Source of the DNA: Felis catus
Taxonomy: Eukaryota
Direction: 5' to 3'
NCBI RefSeq assembly: GCF_018350175.1
Contig: NC_058369.1
Span: forward strand, 19,470,001-19,534,000
Length of the DNA: 64,000 nucleotides
Part shown: positions 26,284-38,860 of the stretch, one piece after another
How the letters are laid out: every line of letters starts with the position of its first letter
Position numbering within the stretch: position 1 is the stretch's first letter
Position numbers and translations under genes: made by a program
Notes under the pieces: model-generated
Database searches by the model: none
What the model saw: the letters and a program-made list of their open reading frames with translations, nothing else
Told to the model about the DNA's origin: nothing

Positions 26284-27264
26284 ACAGAGGCAAAACACCT
26301 GCTATTCCAGTTTCCAGAAGCAGGTGGAGGGAAGACACTTCTCAGGGTTGGGGGCAGAGGCACAAGGGGGTAGGATATGCACTTCTCTCACCTCCACTAG
26401 TATTCTGGCCTGGAACCTGGGCCTTCACTTGCCTTGGCTCAGAGCAACCCCAGGTACCATCAGACATGTACCACTAGAACTTTCCAGAATGCCTTCAAAG
26501 CAGATCTGTCTTCAGAGATGACCCATCTGGCCTCTACTGTATTAAGGGAGGATTGGGGGGCTAGAATGATATCCAAGATCATAGCTAATGGGTGTTGGTG
26601 GCAGAGAGGAGGGGGAGGAATAGGAGCCTAGAGGGAGGAGGGAGAAGGGGGAGCAGAGAGGTGGGTGTAGTCCAGCCAATCCCTGCTCTTCCTTGCCTTA
26701 CTCTTCAATGAAGCTGGTTCTCTCTTTGCAGGACCTGAGTTAGGTGAGTCCCATGAAGTTCTCCTCAGCACCCTGAAGCTTCTCACGTGTGTTGTGATAG
26801 TCCCCCTCCCTGCTCCAGAATTGGGGAGGCTTGCTCAGGACTGTTAGGCCTTGGCCAACTGGCCCCTCAAAGTGTCCTCAGGAAGGAACAGATTTCCCTT
26901 CCCACTATCCCTTAATTCCCCGCCACTCTGCCTGTATCAAGGTTATGTCAAGGTCACAAAATTGACTGAAGGAATTATGGTGTGGTAGGCAAAATTAAAA
27001 CTGGGTACCAGGAATGACTGTTTCTGGAGTCCAAGCAAAAATCAAATGCAGCACCTAATGTGGGCTTCCCTCTCCTTTTTCTTGACCTCCAAGGGACATA
27101 TCCCACCTTGCCACCCTATCCTAACAGGGCTGGTCTCCTGACATTGTTTGTCCCTGTCTACTCACCAGGCCACAGGACATGCTATTTCCCCAGTGGCACA
27201 TTTCCCAAGTCTCAATAACTCATTGAGAATAACCTCCAGGAAAAGATGATGCTGAAATGACTAG

Positions 27265-28370
27265 ATGATAATATGAGGGGAAAATTAACTTGGATCCCTA
27301 CCTCACACCTTAAAACAAACACCAATTTTAGTTGGATCAAAGCTAGAGGGACCAAAGAATGAAGAACACATTTCCAGGGAAACACAAGGGGTTTTTGTAT
27401 TGTTTTAATCTCATATGACCTTTTCTAACTATAACAACAACAACAACAACAACACAAAACAAAAACAAGAAAAGCCACAAGAGAAAAAAAAACAGACACA
27501 TTTGACTGCATATAAAGCAAACATTTCCATGTGAAAAAAATAAGGTTTAAATATAAACAACAAATTGAGGAAAAGAGTCACAAACTTTGATACTCTATGA
27601 AGGGCTCCTACATTCTAGAAGGAAAAGACCAGCAATCCCACTGAAAAATGGGCAAAAGAGATGAACACACAGTTCACACAAAAGGGAATCCAGAAGACTC
27701 AACCACAGAAACCACGCTCAACCTTATTCCTCTGAGAGAAATGCAAATTCAATAGGCAAACTTGTGAAAAGTCAATGCACATTTCTCAGAGAGCAAGGGA
27801 GTAGCAGAAACTTGTAGCTGCTTAGTAGAGTGGAAATCGTATAACCTCCATGAGAGCAACTTGGCAATGTCTATCAAAAATTAAAATGCACAGATCCTTG
27901 GGCGCTTGTGTGGCTCAGTTAGTTAAGCATCCAACTTCGGCTCAGGTCATGATCTGACGGTTTGTGAGTTTGAGACCCGAGTTGGGCTCTGCCCTGAGAG
28001 CTCAGAGCCTGCTTCAGACCCTCCCTCTCCCTCTCTCTCTGCCCTTCCCTTTCTCTCTCTCAAAAATAAATAAACATTTTTTTTAATGCACAGATTCTTT
28101 GATCTAGCACTGCTCACTTCTGGGAATTTATCCTATAGATACATTCACACGCATGTGAAATTATACCCCAGGACATTCACTGTGTGATTCTAAGAGTAAT
28201 TGGTTGGAAACAGCCCACTCCGAAGAGGAGCCTGGCTGAGTGAATATGGAATAGCCTCCATATTCACTATGTACAGATTATGCAGCTATTAGAACAGAGG
28301 AGGGCGGGGCAGTGCCACATGTAGGGGTGTAAGAATGAGGTGTAGTATATGTTCAGGATGTTAACCTTGT
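27265..28370 (+). mobile_element. Old L1 (L1M) ORF2-end/3'UTR fragment, interrupted by a CanSINE
   Basis: A-rich, with L1 hallmarks 'ttggatccctacctcacacc' and 'aaaatgggcaaaagagatgaacacacagttcacac'. No intact ORF. Confidence 0.8.
27900..28084 (+). mobile_element. CanSINE inserted in the L1
   Basis: Head 'gggcgcttgtgtggctcagttagttaagc'. TSD AATGCACAGAT(C/T)CTT at 27885-27899 and 28085-28099. Confidence 0.92.
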
Positions 28371-31300
28371 GTTTTTTAAAAGAAGGGTAAGTGCTCTGGA
28401 ACACTGTGGTACCCTCCAGATCTGTCAGCCCCTATCTTCCCTGCTCTGTCCAGCAAAGTTGAGTTGTATGGGGGGCATCTCCCTGGCTCTGCCCACTGGT
28501 GTTGGTTATGACCACTGGGATCCCACCAGAAATTTAGCAGGTGAGAGGAGGAGGCCATGTTTATTCCCTTGGTCCCTCCAAGTCCATCCTCCTTTTGGTT
28601 TTTCTAAACAGATATCTGGTCACATCCCTCCCTGTTCACACTCTGTGGCTCCCCATTTCTCTCTGGATAGAAGCCAATCCCCACCTCTGACCGTGGGGCC
28701 CCACCATGGCTTTTGAGGGTCTGCTCCTGCCAGCTTCCTGGCTGCCTGTTCTCTGTGTCTCCAAATCTCTCCCAGACTCCTGGCCTCTTCCTGCTACCTG
28801 CAACACTCCTCTTACCTGAGGGGACAGCCTCAAAGGAACTCCTTGTCCTCTCCTGGCTGCTGGGCTCCTGCCCTCACAGTGTCAGCCCCTATTGTAGTGC
28901 CTGCTGCTGGGCTGGGCTCTGCCAGGAGGCTGAAAGCAGGGGTGCTCTTCCCTGAGCCCCACCAGTGCTCCTGGAATGCAGAGTCTAGCCAAATGAACAG
29001 AGGTTCCGCGAGGCTCTTGGCCTCTGAATCCCTTCTGAGTCTGAGTTCTGCTGCAGGGCACAGCTCTATTCCTTCCAGACTTTGGAGAGAAGGTGCCCTG
29101 CTTGACTCACCTATGGGAGACTGGACCAAAAGAGGTGACTGGACCAAAAGACTGGACCCAGGAGACTGGAGACCAAGACTCAGGCAAGAACCCTGGTAGA
29201 ACAGGCTGCCTGTCAAGACCCGGTAGGAAAGGGGCTGTGTGCAGCCAGAAGCTATGTTTTTAAAAATAACTTTGCTGTCAGCAGCGGTGAAACAATGTAA
29301 TAAATATGAGAAATAAATCTCGTTAACATGTAATGAGCTGCCTTATTAATGTGTTAAACTTGTAAGAAATGCTTAAGTGTTTAATTGGCACCTAATGAGG
29401 GTGCCAATTAGGAATCATTATACATTTCTTTAAAAAATCGTAATTGGCAGGGGGCCATTTCAATCAATGCCACAGGGCTGGTTTCATAGGGACCCCGTCC
29501 TGGTGGTGCATCTGGTAGTTCTACCTGCAGGGCCACGCATCTGGTGGCTAGCCCCACTGGAGCCCACAGCAAGGTCAGGGCCATCGGGGTTGGACCTGTC
29601 CTAAGCGCCACCAAGCATCAAGACTCAGTTTCTTCCCAAACACCAAATCCTGCTACTGATTAAAGCCCACCTGAACTGGTGCCTTTGTCAGGAGGCCACC
29701 TTGTTCCTTCAGCCAGATGGGGGTAGGGGGAGATTTGGTCTGCTTGGAGGCTTCGAGAGGCTGGGAGCTCAGTGAGGATTAGGACCGTGGCTGTCCACCA
29801 GTGCCCAGCTCACAGAACCTCTGTGTCCCTTAATCAGCTCCCCCAGGAGCCCACAAGAGGAGGCTGAGAGAAGGCTGAGCTGGGGGAGGAGCTGCCACTG
29901 GGGTAGGGACCTCCCTGTGGCTGGAGACAGGCTGAGAAGCAGTGCTAAAGAGCATCCTAGGGCACCCTAAGGGCCTCCAAGGGGCAGAATCTGGGTCTCT
30001 CTTTCTCTCTCCCTCTCTCAGCTAAATATCATCTTGGTTACCTTTACAAGTAGCCCTGTGTGTCTGGCAATGCCCAGGGAAGGGCAGGCAACGGACTCAG
30101 AGTGGATTCCATCCCTCCTGCCTTCAGGGATCAGCCCCCCTTCCCAGGAAAGTAAAGCCAAGCAGATCTATATTCCAGGCCAGGCCAGCAGAAGAGAAGC
30201 ATCTTGAGCAGCCAGAGCATGATTAATTACCAAATTAATTACCAAATTAATCACTTGGGTAATTGCCAGAGAGCTGGGAGGAGGGCAGGGAGGGAGGCTG
30301 CTGCCCACCAGGGGCAAGGGCCAGCCAGGGGCAGGGTGGGTCGTGACCCTAGCCCACGCATGGGGCTGGAGGGTTGAGGGCTGGCTGCAGGGGAGGCAGC
30401 AGGTTGAAGGCCTTGGGGGCCAGACTAGAGGGCTCCAGAGTTCAGTGAAAGCCTTGCTGGCCTGTGAGTGGAGGATGGAGGGGACATGGGGCAGTGTGGC
30501 AAGTAGGCATGGCTGGGAGCCTGGTTAAGGTGACTGGGAGGCTCAGGGAAGATGACCGGGTGGCCTGTGTGAACATACTGTAACACTTGGGCAGAGGTAC
30601 TTGGTCTTCTGAGCTGGACAGAGAACATGGTGGGCAAGGGGCCGCCCCTCCCCTGCAGCCTGTGGACCCCCAGGCCTCCTGGGCTCTGAGCCCCTCTGTG
30701 GCTCTTGTATTAGGAGTGACCAGGGAGTGGCAAAGCAGCCTCTGCCATCCTCTGGTTTTCAGGAACTGTCAGGAACCAGAGGGACCCCATCTGTCCCAGT
30801 GGAAAAATACTCAAGGTGGCCACTTAGAACCAGGCAGAGGGCTCTCTGGCCCCAGAGCTCAGGTTCCACCTTATCCTTCTTGCTTGCCGTACCTGCTACC
30901 ACTTGTCCCACCCAGGCCAGATCCTAGAGGCTGAACTGTGTTCCTAGGAGCCCCTGAGTCAGGTCAGGTTTGGAGGAGGAAACTGCCCCATACTCCTGTC
31001 CCCATTTACCAGTGGGGGACCTGGTGGGGCCATTTGTACTGCAGGCAGAGGCAATGTTAGGACTTGAGCTGCTAACAGGGGGTTGGAGGGCAAGACCTTA
31101 CTTAGGAGGTGTGGCCTGGGCCAGGTGGACCTGCAGCCCCCGTGGACCCCAGGGCTGCCGGAGGGCTGGGCCTATAGGTGACTCCTTCCACTCCTGCGAA
31201 GGCCCTATACTCCTTTGGGCCACCCCTTAGATCTTTAGTGTGTTATTTATTTACTTGGTGTGTACCATGTGTCAGGCACTGTTTGAGGCCCTCTACAAAT

Positions 31301-32963
31301 ATGAACTCTTAATTGTATCAAGTAGGGAGGACCTGTCCAGGTTAAAGGTGAAGAAATTGAGGCAAGAGGTACAGAGGCTTGTCTGGGGTTGCATAGTGGT
31401 TAAGCTGGGATTCAGACCAGCTGTTCATGCAGCAAGGGGCATACAGGTGAGTCCAGTTGTCCCAGGGTCCCTGGGCGGGGGTCTCTGGGACCCCTGTCCC
31501 ATCGGGACCCCTGTCACCGATGCCCATGGTGGAAGGCAGAGCCAACTTACCAGGAGTCATACCTCCTCCTGACAGCTGGAAGAGGGTTCCAGGCCAGTTG
31601 TACCACCACTTCCTCCTCGGAGTCAGTCTGCCTGCTGCACTTGACCACCAGTAATCACATTGCAGGAGCTGCGTGTTTCCTGCTATCTGCCTTGTTGGAG
31701 ATGATATATGGGGAGGAGATGGGCAGCGCCCGCCCTCCCCAGCCACACAGCTTGGCTGCTGCAGGCAGCGAACGCTCCATCTCATGTGTTCACTCATGGG
31801 GATACTGGAGCTAAAAGGAGGGGGCATCTCGGTGATATACCCAGGAACCAGCCTCAGCCCAGGACCAGAATGGGGCCTGCCATGAGGGATGCAGGAGTGA
31901 ACCTGATCCATTCAGAGGCTGGCCACAGAACTGGGTTCAAACCCTGTGTGATCTAAGATAAGTCACACAATCTTACTGAAACTCGGGTGCAGGTGGGATA
32001 GCTGATTAATTTCAGAAGAGTTCAGTGGGGGGGGGGGAGGCTTCATGGTTGGGGGAGGGGAGAGACATTTATTGCATTTCTGTGTGATGCCTGTGTGGGC
32101 ACTGCAAGGATTTGAGGTAAAGATGGGACAGGCATTTACAGTGGAGGTCAGGATAGACACAGGTGGCAGTGAGAAAGTTCCAGGAAGGAGTGATCTGCTG
32201 ATTTGTGAGCTTGGGCCATGACCACCAAAGGGCATGTCCCCCAGCTTCACCCCTGCCCAACCTCCAGCCAGCTGAACCTTCCAGCTGGCCAGCCCTGTCA
32301 GGGGCAGGAGAAGGCTGGCTGTCTCTCCTCCCTATGGAAGACCCCTGGTGAAGGTGAGGGGGGCCCAGGCCCTCTGCCACCCTCAGTGCTTGGCACAATC
32401 CCCTGCTGGCCCTAAATATCCACAGGGCTGCTGCTGAAAGGTGAGACACCTTGGGGTTCAGTTTTTATCCCCTGTTGGGCAAGGCTAATTAGATCCTGGG
32501 GTGGGGCCCGCTTAGACCCCCTAGGCCCAAGATGGGTGGGGTTTCTAGGGCCTGTGCTCTGGGAAGAGCCATCTTTCATAGTAGAAGTACAAATAACTAC
32601 ATACATTTATTGAAGACTCTCCATGTGCTTTTTATACATTAACTCATTTAATTTTCGTGATGCAAGAGCCATTTATCGATCCTCTATTTAGTAAATAGCC
32701 CTGAGTACCTACTATGCACAGGGCTCCGTTCTGGTGGCTCAGGCCACAGCCCAGAACAGTTGCCCTGACCCAGCTCCAGTCCAGACTTGCTCCTGGTGGG
32801 GACGAAGCGAACAGCTTCATTGCACCAGCCATCCAAGAGTCCTGAAAGACGCCTCAAGGCTAAATTTCACCCGGAGTCCCGCCCTTGCCCCCATCGCTCA
32901 GCCGGCCTCCACCTGCCTCCCCCGCCACCCTGCCCCACCAACCAACCCCCTAATCTGGGCGTG

Positions 32964-32982
32964 CACCGCCACCTGGTGGTCA
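32964..32982 (-). promoter_or_regulatory. CTCF motif (reverse)
   Basis: Minus strand reads TGACCACCAGGTGGCGGTG, matching the full consensus, within a small CpG-rich patch. Confidence 0.7.
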
Positions 32983-34227
32983 CATTGGGAAAGGGCTTAG
33001 AACTGAGTGCTCTTGTCTCCAGGAGGGAAACCGTGCTGGCTCCACCCACTCAAGCCCCGGAAGGTCAGCACTTGGGCCTCCTGGGGGCCTCTGGGGGTAG
33101 CGGAGATGGGTGTGGTCTGTCTAGGGGAGCCTTGCAGCAGCACCACTCTTCTGACGATTCTTGCAGAGAAGCCTCTGATGCATCCCTTCTCCAACCTGCA
33201 CCAGTGTAGAAGACACTCTACACTGCCTCTTACTTTGTAGAGAGGCAGTGTGGTCATGTCATGTAGGGCTGGTCTGGCACAATGTGGGCCTTCCACGTGT
33301 GCGGGGTTGCCAGGTGAGATCCCCATCCCCAGTGCCCTGGCTGTGAGAAATCCCATCATTCCTTATACCTTGCTCAGCCTGAAACATCTCCCACCACCTT
33401 GTGTCCAAACTCTGTGCAAGGTCCAACACAGTGAAAGCCTTGCCTTGCCCCCAGCCAGAAGTGATTGACCTCTTTCGAATTCTCCTGTCACCTGACCTGC
33501 ATCTTTGTCACTTCCTGGGGAGGGGCATGTTGTTGCTGTCAGTATCACTGTTCTGGCTTGCACACCAGGTGGGACTCTCCCACAGCCAGCCCCTTCTGGA
33601 TGCCCCCTCAGCTCTGGAATCCAGCAGAGGGCCTGGTGTGGGAGCTGGGACCATTTGAAGGGAACGAGTGAGGGGCAAGAGGAGGGGGCAGCTCTGTCTT
33701 CAGAAAACATTCTTTCCTTCTTTGGGAGTGTTGGGTGTGAGCTCTGAGGTTTGCCCTCTGGGGTCAGATCCAGGCCCTGCCTCATGCTGAGCAACCCTAC
33801 TGTTCTGTGTCTCAGTTTCCCCATCTGTAATATGAACGCACACTTTGGGGCTGCTGGGGCATTATATGGGTTCTGATTCTGCCTGCAAGTGTCCTAGAAG
33901 GTTCCCCCACACAGATTCTGGGTCTGACCCACCTGCAGGGACTCACAGCAGAAGCCCTACCCTCCTCCTTCGCCCCAGACTTCATCTTATTGAGTGTCAC
34001 CTTACTGACCCGTTATTGAGCTCCTGCTAAGTCCCTTAAGTCTCTCATAATCTGGTGTTCTCAGCCTTCTGCCAGTGAAGAGCATCTCCACGAGCTCCAG
34101 CCAGGGCAGGGGCCCTCCCTCTCACTGCATGGACTCCTGGGTCCTCCAACCTGCTGGCATGGGAGTGGGGGTGAGATGGGGGGTTAGTGTCTGCCTGCTG
34201 GGCGCTGACCAAGAGGGACCTCAGCAG

Positions 34228-34380
34228 CAGGGCCAGGACTAGGACGAGGCACATGAGGCACCCAGGGCACAAATTTAAGGAGGCACTCATGCTCAGGTTG
34301 GTGCATGTGCCATCTGAGTGAGTGGTTCCTTATGTTTGGAACCCTAGGCCCCTATTCACTTCACCCTAGTCTTGGCGTCG
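34228..34380. mobile_element. MER91A-like hAT MITE
   Basis: Degenerate palindrome 'cagggccaggactagg...aaatttaaggaggcactca...tgagtgagtggttccttatgttt...ccctagtcttggc'. Confidence 0.7.
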
Positions 34381-37300
34381 CCAGATGAACCCTTGACGTG
34401 GGGCTTGCAGTGTGAGGGCTGCTCTCCACACCAAATGAGGGAGAGGCTGAGTGCAGGGAGGGATTCAAGGATGAGGCCTGAGGAGAACTGGCAGTGGGGG
34501 GTGGGGGTGGGGGTGCAGGGTGCGGGGAGCTCCAGACAAGTGACCTGGCTGAGGCTGGGGGCAGGAAGGCCCCTTGCAGTGCCTGCAGCTACCAGCAGGT
34601 AGCAGCACAGGCTGGCGTTGGAGTCTGAGAGGCAGCTTGGGAACCCAAGTAGGCAGTGCCTTCTGGGTGCCCTCTCAGGCCCCATTACTGTTTCTAGGGT
34701 TTGTCTGAGACTCCTTTCTGGAATGGTGTAGAAGAAAAGCCAAGTGCCTGGCTCTGAGCCTGATGACCTCAGTCTCTGGGTGCTGATGTCTTCCCCTGTA
34801 AGATGAATGACGGTAGGCCCTCATAATGGACAGTGGGAATAAAGCGAGATTGTGCAGGATGTGCTAATCAAGGGTAATTGTTTCCAGGACCAGATTCTGG
34901 CCATTGTTCAGCCATGCATACCTTTGAGCTGAATGGCACTCCTGCTGGCAGTGGGGAAGACTGACCTAACCCTCCTCCCTCCGTGAGTGATCCACTAGGT
35001 CTGGCACATGGCATGAGCTCAATAAATCATGCATCATTATGATTTATTATTGCTATTATTATTATTGGCATTGTTATTACCCTGAAGTCTTTTATCTCTT
35101 GTCACACCCCAGGAAGTAGAGCTGACTGCCCCTCCTAACCCAGGCCTCCAGGCCTCCAGACCTCCAAAGGAAGTGTACTAAGAGCTGGGAGAATGGGAAT
35201 GGCCAGGGTGAACACCTTTCTCTCCTGTTCAACCAATTCGTAGAGGACAGGGGGCCCACCAGCCCCAATGGCTGGTACGTCTGCCATTTTCCCTTCCCTA
35301 CATTCTCCCAGGCCAGACCGCAGGTTGCAGCCGGGTATAGGAGAAGCTGAGGGGACTGGCTGGACCTCAGCCAGAAGACCCTGGGAAGCCCCAGCAAGTG
35401 GGCACTTTCATCCAGGAAGCTGACATCCAGGAAGGCAGGAGCTGGACAAGTGTGAGACTGGGAGACTGGGCACTTCTTGACAGTCACCTGTGGGGCTGGG
35501 CAGCCCCAGGTAGGAGAGCTGGCACCTAGCGACAATGTTTCAGAACAGAGGGCTAGCAGACAAGGCATGGATCCTCCCATGCAATACCACACATGTACTC
35601 CTGGATGATATGGGGCTAGGATCCAGGCTGCCATGAAGCCTCAGAAGTGACCTAGTCCTAGCCCTCACCTATGAAAGCTGGGCTGAACCTGTGGCCCTTT
35701 CTCCTGAGCTACCTGTGTGTAAGAGGTCTGGAGATCATATCTGCCAGGCTAAAGAGACCAGGGAGGTGGGGGCTTAGAGCATTTTGGGCCATCCTGGTGG
35801 GTGCAGGCAGATTTGTGCCCTGAGAGACTCCATGCAAAGGCCTGCCTGGGCCACATGGGTTGTGGGCCCTGGGCCCAGGCTGTACCAAGTTCGAATCTAG
35901 GCTCTGATGTGCCCACTGGCTGTACACAGGGCCCTGGGATGCTTGCCTCTGACTGCTCAGTTGCAAGGTCCTCACATATGAAATGGGAGTGAGAAAACCC
36001 TCCTTCTCCAGCCATTTGTGGGCATCAGACATGATGGATGTTGGTCCCCAGTGAGAGATACTCTGGTCCTCCCCCCCCCCCTCCCCAGACCTCCAGCCCA
36101 CACAGGAATTCATAGTCCATCCAGGCACCCAGAGAGTTACCTTTCAAGCTGAGCTGTGAGAAAGAAAGGGACCCTCCAAAGCTGAGGGGAAATCCTGCTC
36201 AGGGTGGCAGGGAGGTCTCTGACCCAGATTGCGTACCTCCAGCCAGAGGCTGGGAAAAGGAACCCCCTCCCCAGACAGGTCTCAGCCCCACCTAGCCCTC
36301 TGCTCCCCACACAAATGCCCTCCTGGGCTGAGCCTCTAGACCCAGGGTTTCCTCTGTGGTGGAAGAGACCATCCCTATTTTTTGTTCCTCCCCAGCCCCC
36401 TATGCCTGCTGACTTTCCTCTAGGTCCCACAGGTGTGTGGAGGTGGTCTCCCCCTGGGGAGAACAGACACCTACCCTGATCTTCTACTTGCAGAATCCAA
36501 GAGGCCAGAGTGACGAGTGGGGGTGAGCACCACTGCCAAGGGGCTCTGAGGTAGGGGGGAGAGAGGGCAGACCCAGGCACAGATGGGACAGCATCCCAGC
36601 CTCACCCCTCTCCACTGTACCTGAAGTTCTCCACACTCTCCTCTTCCTCCCCCACCTCCTCCTCCTCCCCCTCCTCCTCTCCCTGTACTTTCTGCTTACA
36701 CAGTTCTTGTACATTTCTCAGCTTCACTGGCCTTTCAAAAGAGGCCTCTGTACAACCATAGATACCTCTGCCTGCAGTTCCCCTTGTCCTGAGCCCACAG
36801 AGGCCAGGCTGGATGGGGTGCCAGACCAGCGGCTCCTGGGGTTCCCTCGGATACCCTCAGCCAAGACGCTCCACACTGAGGACTGCTGAAGGGTGCAGTT
36901 GGACAGGATAGGGTGGGTTATCTGCCCTCAGCCTCTGAATGCACCCTCCCTCAGGCACACCTGGCCCTTATCCCTGCGTTCTTTTGCATATAGATGTAGA
37001 TATAAAGATATATAGACATAGTGTGTGTATGTATACACATCATACACACACACAGTCATTCTTTTTTTCCTATTTGACACCTGCTTCCTCCCATCTCAAA
37101 TGGAGGTACAGACACCAACCAATGGAGCTAGTTCACTGACAGGATCACAGTGCTGGGCTCGGTAATGTTTCTGGAAGGAATCCATAGCAAGGTTAAACTG
37201 CTACTGGTTTCTGAGCTCACCTCCACAAGAATGACCTTTACATTCTGAAGGTGTCCCTGATGTCTGCCTGCAGCCAGGCAGTGGGGTTACTGTATACACT

Positions 37301-38854
37301 TTGGCTGGAAGTTGACACTTCCTTCACTAAACAAGGTGGCTTCCTCTGAAGGTGCCCATCCACGTCCACGCTGATAGCACCCACTGCAAACTGCTGCAGC
37401 TTTTGCCCTGAAGCCCTGGTTGCTATTCATTTATAGAGGATTCGCTTAGCGATGTATGTGTGTGTGTGTGGCAGGGGCATTTCAGAAGGGCCTCCTTTAA
37501 CAGACAAGTTCAGGAGCGATAGGGCAGGCAGGTGACTTTCTCACCCCATTGGCCTCCTTCTCTGGTGAAGAGAGTTCTGGTCAGCCCGCCAGGCCCATGG
37601 TCACAAGGACACATCAACTGAATCCTTCCACCATGATATTTATTGATCCCATGCTCCGTGGAAGACCTAGGAATGTGCAGGGAGTTTGGGTCTCCTCCAG
37701 GATTGGGAGAGAGAGCTAGCAAATAGAAGGTGGGTAGGAGGTATCTGCAAAGGGATAGGGATGAGGCAGTGGCCCTGTCACTCACAAAAAGTTGTACTGT
37801 CCACCTACCTGGGCCCACCCTTCGGAAAGGGCATGGAGCGGGCAGCAGGAGAGAATGGCGACAGGGTCCTCCTGGAGCCTCCATCCTGGCCCTAGTCCCT
37901 AGGTGCTAGCCTTACTCCATAGGCCTCATTCTTTTAGGGTCCCTTAGACACTGAGTCTTCTGTAGCTCCCACATTTTTGGATTGAGGGGTTATCCAGCAG
38001 GATGGGGGGCACACAGCCCATCCATCCCTCTCCTCTCACCCCATGACCCTTAAGAATCCTTCTGCTAGTCTGCGAGACCAGGGTCATCACTGACAGGCCC
38101 ATCTGTGTGACCCCAATGAGGGTGGCCTATGGAATGCTTGGGGCATCACCTTTACCCAGGGCCCTGGCCTGCAACCCCGGCTCCCAGCCTAGCCCTCTGC
38201 CATGGAACTGCTGCTCACCCTGTCCTTGTTTCCTATGCTGGCCTGAAGGCTCAGGTCTTTAGGGGAGGATCTGGATATCACTTACAGTCCTGGTTTGTGG
38301 GATTTTCAATGCTAAAATTGGGCAGTCCTGAGAAAACCAGGAGAGTTGGTCACCCTGGTGTCATTCTCCCCAAACCCTTCTGAACCCTGTAGGTGGTTTC
38401 CACACAGATGACCTCAAGGCTTCCCAACTCTACCCACTCCCTGCACCCTGTGATCTGGGAAAGACCACATTATTGTGTTCCTTTTGTGTTTCAGACCCAG
38501 TTCCTATGGATCCTGAGGCACCACACCTCCCCCTAGTCCTTGGGGCTCAAGCCCCCTCCTTCCTCAGGTCCCACAAGGTCCTGTCCACTTTGCCTCTCCA
38601 CCCAAGGGGATGGTAGGCATTGTGACTCCATCCCACAGTTGAGACACGAGGCCCCACAGCAGCCTGAACTCAGGGCCAGAGGCATTTCATCAGATAGTTC
38701 AAGGAAAACCAATGGAGCTGCCAGCTCATAGCTGGGCTCCAAGTGACTATGCCAGGCCCCCACACAGCCCTTCACCCATCCTGTCCCTCCTGGTGTTTCA
38801 CACCCCAAGTGTCACAGACTCACACTCTTTTTGTGTAAACATCTTAATTACATC

Positions 38855-38860
38855 TTTAAT
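38855..38860 (-). terminator. Likely C3orf18 polyadenylation signal (ATTAAA)
   Basis: ATTAAA on the minus strand followed by GU-rich sequence. Implies a 3'UTR of about 1.5 kb. Confidence 0.55.

Noticed and set aside
29119..29180. CRISPR-like repeat-spacer pattern
   Set aside because: Mammalian DNA, units too short, no unique spacers and no cas genes.
30303..30318. Additional CTCF-like words (also near 10297, 16853 and 46421)
   Set aside because: Missing a core base or mismatched at key positions; too weak to call without a matrix scan.
1..38800. REST/RE1 site or hidden protein-coding gene in the intergenic part
   Set aside because: Only TCAGCACC half-sites without GGACAG at the correct spacing. 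No chain of in-frame exons could be assembled by eye.
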